DNA from: Candidatus Dojkabacteria bacterium
GTDB taxonomy: Bacteria > Patescibacteriota > Dojkabacteria > B142 > WJKM01
Direction of reading: 5' to 3'
Assembly: GCA_014729085.1 (NCBI GenBank)
Contig: WJKM01000004.1
Span: 68,345-132,344 of the forward strand
Length of the DNA stretch: 64,000 bases
The position numbers were made by a program, and so were the translations under genes. This document shows, in pieces, positions 57,779 to 64,000 of this stretch. Numbering within the stretch: position 1 is the stretch's first letter; each line of letters starts with the position of its first letter. The notes under the pieces are model-generated. The model did no database searches. It saw only the letters and a program-made list of their open reading frames with translations, and had not been told where the DNA came from.

Positions 57779-57908
57779 ATATCTAGTTTAATATATTCTA
57801 ATCTATTTATACTAAATTTTAATAAAGATTAAAAATTCAAATTGACATTTATATCGTATATATATTAATATATTTTGGTTATATAAAATTAGTTGCACTT
57901 TAAATTAA

Positions 57909-58163
57909 ATGGAAACCGGCAAACCACTTATTATCCCCCCAAATCTACTCTCAACATGTCAAAAAATTCAAGGAAAACCCTGTACCGCTCTTGAATGGTC
58001 ACAAAATGGAAGGCAGGTACCAACTTGTGTAGCTCCAGATTCCTGTCACTGTATTAATAGAGAAAGACTCTTAATCCAACCAGATTCAGGAGATACAACT
58101 CATACATTAAGGGTTCATACTAATCCTCTAATTCATGTCGTATCCGGTCTATGGCCTTTTTAA
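57909..58163 (+). CDS. small Cys-containing hypothetical protein (doubtful)
   Basis: 84-aa ORF in a locally GC-richer intergenic region between the hexokinase-like genes and trxB. No homology recognised. Confidence 0.2.
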   Translation: METGKPLIIPPNLLSTCQKIQGKPCTALEWSQNGRQVPTCVAPDSCHCINRERLLIQPDSGDTTHTLRVHTNPLIHVVSGLWPF

Positions 58164-58235
58164 ATATATATTTTCACTTTGCATAAACATCCTATAATAT
58201 TTTATAATATATAGTATAAAATTTATTACGCATAG

Positions 58236-59171
58236 ATGGAAACCCTCAACAAACATACAACTCAACAACCGAGCAAAAATGATCTTCTTATACTTGGTTC
58301 GGGGCCAGCCGGGCTTACAGCTGGAATTTATGCCGGCAGAGCTGGATTAAATACGAAAATCATTGCTGGCAGAGAGCGGGGAGGACAACTTACAGGCAGT
58401 TCTAAAGTTGAAAATTTCCCTGGCTTTCCAGATGGAATAAATGGATTGGAACTAATGGATCGTACAATTAAACAGGCTGAACTAAGCGGTGCTGATATTA
58501 TCTACCAAGATGCAACATCAGTTGATCTAACCTCAACTCCCAAATGGATACAAACTGAAAATGGAGATAAATACGAGGCGGAACAAATTCTAATCGCAAC
58601 AGGCTCAACGCCAAAACGACTAGGAATTAAAGGTGAACAAAAATTCTGGGGTAGGGGAGTCTCAACCTGTGCTACTTGCGATGGCCCGTTATATAAAGAC
58701 AAAGACGTTGTAGTTGTTGGAGGAGGTAATAATGCATTTCATGAAGCACTTCATCTTGCACGAATGGGAGCCAAGGTAAAATTAGTACATAGAAGAGAGG
58801 AATTTAAAGCCGATGAAACCTTACAGGAAGAGCTTTTTTCACATCCTAATATCGAAATTTTGACTAATTCCGAATTGAGTTCCATTCAAGGAGAAGAAAC
58901 TGTTAAAAGTGTTTCAATACTCGCTAAAGACCAAGAAGATGAAAAACAGATTAAAACTGATGGAGTATTTATTGCTATTGGAACAGTTCCTAATACAGAT
59001 TTATTCTCCAATCAATTAGAACTAGATGAAGCAGGTCACATTCTTACGGATCAAAATTTAAAAACAAGTACTGACAAAGTCTACGCGGCAGGTGATGCGC
59101 GAGATTCAAGATATAAACAAGCAATTACTGCAGCAGCTGAAGGCGCAATGGCCGTAATGAATCTAAAATAG
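58236..59171 (+). CDS. trxB: thioredoxin-disulfide reductase
   Basis: FAD motif LILGSGPAGLTAGIYAGRAG. Redox-active CATCDG. NADPH motif VVVGGGNNAFHEAL. C-terminal GDARD. 311 aa. Confidence 0.85.
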   Translation: METLNKHTTQQPSKNDLLILGSGPAGLTAGIYAGRAGLNTKIIAGRERGGQLTGSSKVENFPGFPDGINGLELMDRTIKQAELSGADIIYQDATSVDLTSTPKWIQTENGDKYEAEQILIATGSTPKRLGIKGEQKFWGRGVSTCATCDGPLYKDKDVVVVGGGNNAFHEALHLARMGAKVKLVHRREEFKADETLQEELFSHPNIEILTNSELSSIQGEETVKSVSILAKDQEDEKQIKTDGVFIAIGTVPNTDLFSNQLELDEAGHILTDQNLKTSTDKVYAAGDARDSRYKQAITAAAEGAMAVMNLK

Positions 59172-59243
59172 TCCAAGCTTTCAATTCAAATCTTCGAAGA
59201 AATTCTATATACTATAAATATCTTATTCGGTTTCAAAATAACT

Positions 59244-62072
59244 ATGGAAGATTTTCTCGTTCTATTAATTTGCAGTTCACCCTTTCTCTTTTTGTTTGCT
59301 ATTGTTTTCCTTCTTTTCTGGTTTTTATCCAAAAAGAATTCGGAACAGAGAAAAGATACCAATACCCTTAACAAACAAACCTTAATAAGGTGGTTAAAAC
59401 AACAAAAAAAGGCAGGTCTAATAACTATAGATGATCTACTAACAAAAATTGAAAGATCAAAACATGCAACAAAACAAGATAAATATAAAACAACAAAGCA
59501 AACTCTTGTACATAAAAAAGAAACTCAAAGTAATGAGATCGAAACTAAATCTACCAAGAAAAAAGACTCTGCAACTGATATAATAAAAAAGCAATCCTCA
59601 AATGCCACTTTACTTTTATATATTGGGGCAATTCTAGTTATTTTCTCTGTATTTATTTTTACTGCATTCAATTGGGAAACTTTTTCAGGACTTATCAAAA
59701 GCTTTATTCTAATCGGCTTGACTCTATCTTTCTATATTTCGGGTATTATAATCTACCAGTTCAAGTCAATTAAAAAGGCTGGGATTACTTTTATTACGAT
59801 TGCCTCTATCGGCCTTGGCTTTACAGGAATTGGTCTATGGAAATTTCTCCTCGAAAATACCTGGACACTAAATTTCTCTACATACTGGTTGGGATATTCA
59901 ATCTTTATGACGCTGGTATACTCTGTAAGCCTTTACCTTTTTAATCTTAGAAAATACTTCTATTTTTTACTTATATCTATCTATAGTTCCATCCTATCTT
60001 TTGCCTTTACTCTTACAACTGAAATTGAATACAGGGTTGTAGTAATATTAATACTTAATCTGCTCTTTTATTTCTCAGATGGAATTCTAACTAAGTTCAC
60101 AAAAGAAATTCAATTTTCTTCCAGATTAATCAACCAAATTCTCAATGTTCTAGGTATCCTAACCGTAATTATTGGATTAGACACAGGATTGATACATTCC
60201 AACATAATATATCTAATAACGCTTTTCGTTCCAACTGTTTTTTCAGTCATTACTTGGTTTAAACAAAAATATAAGGTTGAAACCCTTATTTCATTATTAC
60301 TAACCCCAGTGAAGATATTTATTGCCTACTTTGTACTTGACCTTGAAAACCCTAATCCAGTTCAACTGACTCTTGTGGTTACTATTTACACAATATTAAA
60401 TACTATCCTAGCCGAAATTATATTTGATAAGAAACATAAATTACTACATGCAATCTCTACTTTTGTTTCAGGGGGACTCATATTTATTACAACGCTGTTT
60501 TACATATTGATGTCCGCAAGTAATTCGTCCTCATATATTTTCTCTACTGATGCTAAACTTTTTGTATTAATCGTTAATTCTTCTTTATTAATATTGCCTC
60601 ATCTTGCTAAGAATCGACGTATCATTTTTGCAATTGGAATTAATTATTTGATCTTTTCCAGTTATCAAATACTTGCCATTCTCAATGAAAATTTTAGACC
60701 TATACACTTAATTATTCTTCTGACTCTAATTGAAACCTTAGGACTTCTACTGCATTATTTAATTCATAAGAAGAAGATTAAAAATTTCTATTATTCCCTT
60801 CTACCAATAATATTAATTTCAGGAATAATATCAATAACTATCGGTTTAGAAGAAAAACCTTTAGACAGATTGGTGTCTTTTACAATTTTAAGCATCGTCT
60901 TAACTATTATTTCCAGACTTCATAAAATCAAATTCATTGATTTAGTAACAATTCCTATAAATCTTGTTGCCTATGTTTCATTTTTTAAGTTTCTTGAAGC
61001 AGAAGCAGCGATTGAGATACAAATGCATCATTATGGAATGATTTTTTTAATTCCAGTTCTATTTTATCTAATAAAATTCGAAATAAATAAAATAAATCAA
61101 AAATACATATATCCGTTTATAATTGGAGCGTTGTTTTTCTGGATAATTAGCATTTTCTTGACAATAAAGAATAACAACTTCCTGCTTATAAGCCTGATAA
61201 TATCATTGACCTACTGGATTTATGCGCAATTTAGATTTAGAAAATCATTTATAACTTATCTAATTTATCTTTTCTCAAACCTAATAACCTGGCAGATATT
61301 AAACATTCAAAATCAAGATGTCGATATCTATATCTTATCAACCTCCCTTTTAACAATAATGTTTACAATCGTAAGTTATATTAAATCTAAATCACCAATT
61401 TTAAAACTAGAAGACAGAACAAGGAAACACTTCAGCTTAAGTACAATAATCTCAACAACGATACTATTTCCAATAATCTTTGTCCTTGTAATAACAGATC
61501 CAAGTAATGCAACAGTATTGGCTGCTCTTGCTTTAGGATTAAATCTCGCAATTGCTTCCAGAAGATATTCCTTTCTTGCAGACTTCGCAGGTATAGGGTT
61601 AGTTTTAGCATTGTGGAATTATATATTTCAGCTTGATTTTAATAGTTTGGTAACCCAATTCATCTTTCTTCCAATAACCCTTTGGATACTAATTCTTTCA
61701 TTTAAATACTATCTAAAAAAGAAGAAAAGATTATCATTGATTTTAGAAAGCGGAGGATATATTCTACATTCTCTAATACTTCTTTCCCAATCCGTATTTC
61801 TTTCTGAAGAAGAAAATATATTATATGGCATCATATTGATAGGTGTGAGTATATTAATCCTTCTTTGGGGTGTATATAGAGACAAAAAAGCATTGATTAT
61901 AATTTCTATTATATTTTTAATTACTGAATTAATTATCAGGTTATATATTATACTTATTGATACTCCCTGGTACATATATGTCTGCCTCTTTGGTATGATA
62001 CTTCTGGGAATTGCTATTTATATCATGTGGAGAATTGGACGATATTCCTCTGAAGAAAAACCTAAAAAATGA
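59244..62072 (+). CDS. very large polytopic membrane protein (more than 25 predicted TM helices) with N-terminal cytoplasmic K-rich linker
   Basis: 942 aa. A TM helix is followed by a ~100-aa K/T/Q-rich soluble stretch and then continuous hydrophobic helices to the C-terminus. This resembles DUF2339-type proteins. No catalytic motif. Confidence 0.4.
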   Translation: MEDFLVLLICSSPFLFLFAIVFLLFWFLSKKNSEQRKDTNTLNKQTLIRWLKQQKKAGLITIDDLLTKIERSKHATKQDKYKTTKQTLVHKKETQSNEIETKSTKKKDSATDIIKKQSSNATLLLYIGAILVIFSVFIFTAFNWETFSGLIKSFILIGLTLSFYISGIIIYQFKSIKKAGITFITIASIGLGFTGIGLWKFLLENTWTLNFSTYWLGYSIFMTLVYSVSLYLFNLRKYFYFLLISIYSSILSFAFTLTTEIEYRVVVILILNLLFYFSDGILTKFTKEIQFSSRLINQILNVLGILTVIIGLDTGLIHSNIIYLITLFVPTVFSVITWFKQKYKVETLISLLLTPVKIFIAYFVLDLENPNPVQLTLVVTIYTILNTILAEIIFDKKHKLLHAISTFVSGGLIFITTLFYILMSASNSSSYIFSTDAKLFVLIVNSSLLILPHLAKNRRIIFAIGINYLIFSSYQILAILNENFRPIHLIILLTLIETLGLLLHYLIHKKKIKNFYYSLLPIILISGIISITIGLEEKPLDRLVSFTILSIVLTIISRLHKIKFIDLVTIPINLVAYVSFFKFLEAEAAIEIQMHHYGMIFLIPVLFYLIKFEINKINQKYIYPFIIGALFFWIISIFLTIKNNNFLLISLIISLTYWIYAQFRFRKSFITYLIYLFSNLITWQILNIQNQDVDIYILSTSLLTIMFTIVSYIKSKSPILKLEDRTRKHFSLSTIISTTILFPIIFVLVITDPSNATVLAALALGLNLAIASRRYSFLADFAGIGLVLALWNYIFQLDFNSLVTQFIFLPITLWILILSFKYYLKKKKRLSLILESGGYILHSLILLSQSVFLSEEENILYGIILIGVSILILLWGVYRDKKALIIISIIFLITELIIRLYIILIDTPWYIYVCLFGMILLGIAIYIMWRIGRYSSEEKPKK

Positions 62073-62324
62073 AATACTCCGGCTTAAAAGCGGGAACATT
62101 TTGTTTAACACTATCTTACCTCCGACAAGCAAGCCTTATGATTCTAGTTTTATCACCATCATACTTACCCACCCCTGGTGGAAATGTTGGTGCTTTTGCT
62201 ATCTTGAAATAAAAAAAGCAACATGCTTCTCATTAGAAACTCATGATATCTTCAACTCAATCTTTCATCCTATAATATTGACAAAATAGCTTAACTTTGT
62301 ATATACTTAATATATAAGATTAAT

Positions 62325-62531
62325 ATGGAATTCTTCACATGTAGTCAACATGCAGAACAAAGAAGACAATTAGCAGAGGCAGTAATAAAATGGACGGAAC
62401 TTCAAGGACAATTGTTGAACCATCGTTATATGGATAGACCTACAGTTTGTCGGGTTGTTGGCCACATCTTGACCCACTTAGAATCCAAGCTGATCAAGCA
62501 AGGGATGCATGGAATGACCTTCAATATTTAA
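62325..62531 (+). CDS. small hypothetical protein (doubtful)
   Basis: 68-aa ORF. The local GC is higher than the surroundings. No motif. Confidence 0.2.
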   Translation: MEFFTCSQHAEQRRQLAEAVIKWTELQGQLLNHRYMDRPTVCRVVGHILTHLESKLIKQGMHGMTFNI

Positions 62532-62857
62532 AAACTCAAATACTAAACTGATTTTAAATCTAAATAAGAAACCGATTTAAATATTGTAAAAAAATATTAG
62601 ATTCAATTATAATATATTATCAAACAGCAAATGGGGGAACTATAAAAAATCAGAATTATAGTTAACTGAAAACCCAAGTTTAAATTTGGAAGTAAAACTT
62701 AATACTATATACAAAGATGTCTCTCTAAAACATTAGAGAGGAAGAAAGGTGGAACCGTCTTTTATCCAACATATGATGAAAAGATCCTAATCAGAAACTT
62801 AGACAAAGTTTTTGATTAGGATTTTTTTATTTATATTAAATTTTAAAATTCTGCTCT

Positions 62858-63403
62858 ATGTTTAATATAAAAATAGAAGATAATTTACAGCTAAATTATT
62901 TAAATCAAAAATATGCTAAAGAAATTTTCGATCTTATAGAAGTAAACCGTGCATATCTTAGACAATGGTTGGTTTGGGTTGACCAAACTAAGCAAATCGA
63001 AGATACAAAAAAATGGATACAAAAATCATTAGATGATGGAGCAAAGGGGAAAGCACTCCAAACTACAATAATGTTAAATGATAGTATTGTAGGTAACATT
63101 GGTTTTAATAAAATTGACAAATTCAATAAAAAGGGAGAAATAGGATACTGGCTTTCTCAAAACCAGCAAGGTAAAGGAATAATGAGCAAATCGGTAAGTG
63201 CATTACTCGATTATGGTTTAAACTTTTTAGAGTTAAACCGAATTGAAATAAAATGTGCAGTTGAAAACAATAAAAGCAGAGCAATCCCTGAAAGGTTAGG
63301 CTTTAGACTTGAAGGTATCCTAAAAGAGGAAGCATGGCTTAATGATAGATTTGTAGACCATGCTTTATATTCTTTATTAAAATCTGAATATCAAGACTCA
63401 TGA
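62858..63403 (+). CDS. GNAT-family N-acetyltransferase (RimJ/RimL-like)
   Basis: ..IGYWLSQNQQGKGIMSKSVSALLDYGLNFLELNRIEIKCAVENNKSRAIPERLGFRLEG.. matches GNAT motifs A/B (Q/RxxGxG/A). Confidence 0.65.
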   Translation: MFNIKIEDNLQLNYLNQKYAKEIFDLIEVNRAYLRQWLVWVDQTKQIEDTKKWIQKSLDDGAKGKALQTTIMLNDSIVGNIGFNKIDKFNKKGEIGYWLSQNQQGKGIMSKSVSALLDYGLNFLELNRIEIKCAVENNKSRAIPERLGFRLEGILKEEAWLNDRFVDHALYSLLKSEYQDS

Positions 63404-64000
63404 AGTTTTCAACAATAATTTTTGACATGGATGGCGTAGTTGTAGATACAGAACCAATCTGGAAAAAAGCAACAATGAAATTTTTACAAAGAAGGGGTAT
63501 AACTCAAGATATAGATAAAGATAAACATAAATGGATAAGCAAATCTCCTGTTGAAATAATGGAAATAATGAAGGATCTTTACGAATTTGAAGGCGATCCA
63601 ATGGAGCTTCACGATGAAAGAAATGCCATTGTAGATGAGATTTATCAGGACGAACTTCAGTATATTAAAGGTTTCGAACCCTTTATTAAAAAAGTTAAAG
63701 ATTCAAACTTAAAAACCTGCATTGCAACAAGCTCCTTTAAAAAACATATTGATCTAATCGATGAGAAGCTAAATATCACGGCCAAATTTGGCCAGCATAT
63801 TTACAGTATTGCAGATGTAGGTAATATTGGAAAACCAAATCCTGATTTATTTCTTTTTGCAGCTGAAAAATTAAATTCAAGTCCTAGTGACTGTATAGTT
63901 ATCGAAGATTCGCCAAACGGAGTGCAAGCAGCTAAAAATGCAGAGATGTTCTGTATAGCACTTTCGCAACAGGATACTGAGGAACACAAACGAAGACTTC
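63400..64000 (+). CDS. HAD-superfamily hydrolase (subfamily IA, beta-phosphoglucomutase-like), 3'-partial in window
   Basis: The start ATGA overlaps the stop of the GNAT gene. Motif I is IIFDMDGVVVDTEP, motif II is CIATSS, motif III/IV is GKPNPDLF ... IVIEDSPNGVQAAKNAEM. The frame is open to the window end. Confidence 0.65.
   Translation, partial: MKFSTIIFDMDGVVVDTEPIWKKATMKFLQRRGITQDIDKDKHKWISKSPVEIMEIMKDLYEFEGDPMELHDERNAIVDEIYQDELQYIKGFEPFIKKVKDSNLKTCIATSSFKKHIDLIDEKLNITAKFGQHIYSIADVGNIGKPNPDLFLFAAEKLNSSPSDCIVIEDSPNGVQAAKNAEMFCIALSQQDTEEHKRRL

Noticed and set aside
1-64000. Alternative genetic code (UGA=Gly, code 25), as in some CPR lineages
   Set aside because: TGA terminates well-supported genes exactly where homologs end (GNAT at 63401-63403; 37785-37787). 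Long ORFs are intact under table 11.

Overview
This is a low-GC (roughly 30%) bacterial window that reads like a small, streamlined genome. It carries type IV pilin-like genes, an SLH-domain surface protein, an ADP-forming acetyl-CoA synthetase, a eukaryote-type hexokinase pair and a serpin. TGA is used as a stop (e.g. at 63401-63403 and 37785-37787), so translation follows the standard table 11. Any lineage guess (Patescibacteria/CPR-like) is inference only.

I can support about 55 coding regions, four tRNAs (Pro-GGG, Gly-GCC, Val-UAC, Phe-GAA), several Rho-independent terminators and three classes of repeats.

The most interesting region is 42.5-50.25 kb, next to a minus-strand tRNA-Gly. A 19-bp direct repeat derived from the tRNA-Gly 3' end and a second ~30-bp direct repeat partition this interval into cassette-like units. 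Each unit opens with the same ~140-bp leader (block A) and closes with a ~170-bp block B that contains a bidirectional terminator. One cassette carries a candidate DUF4297 (Cap4-like nuclease) + HerA-like ATPase antiphage pair. Another carries an ABC/AAA-type ATPase followed by two small unknown proteins, a three-gene module with the generic shape of a defence system. No integrase lies between the repeats.

Other notable points:
- A tandem duplication spanning the 3' end of htrA, its terminator, the promoter and the 5' end of a pilin gene produced two pilin paralogs with divergent C-termini.
- A ~195-bp direct repeat flanks an inserted membrane-protein gene and left truncated gene fragments on both sides.
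- A SerA-like dehydrogenase is frameshifted in a poly-A run.
- A dikinase-like protein has its His-swivel domain ahead of the ATP-grasp domain, the reverse of PEP synthase.
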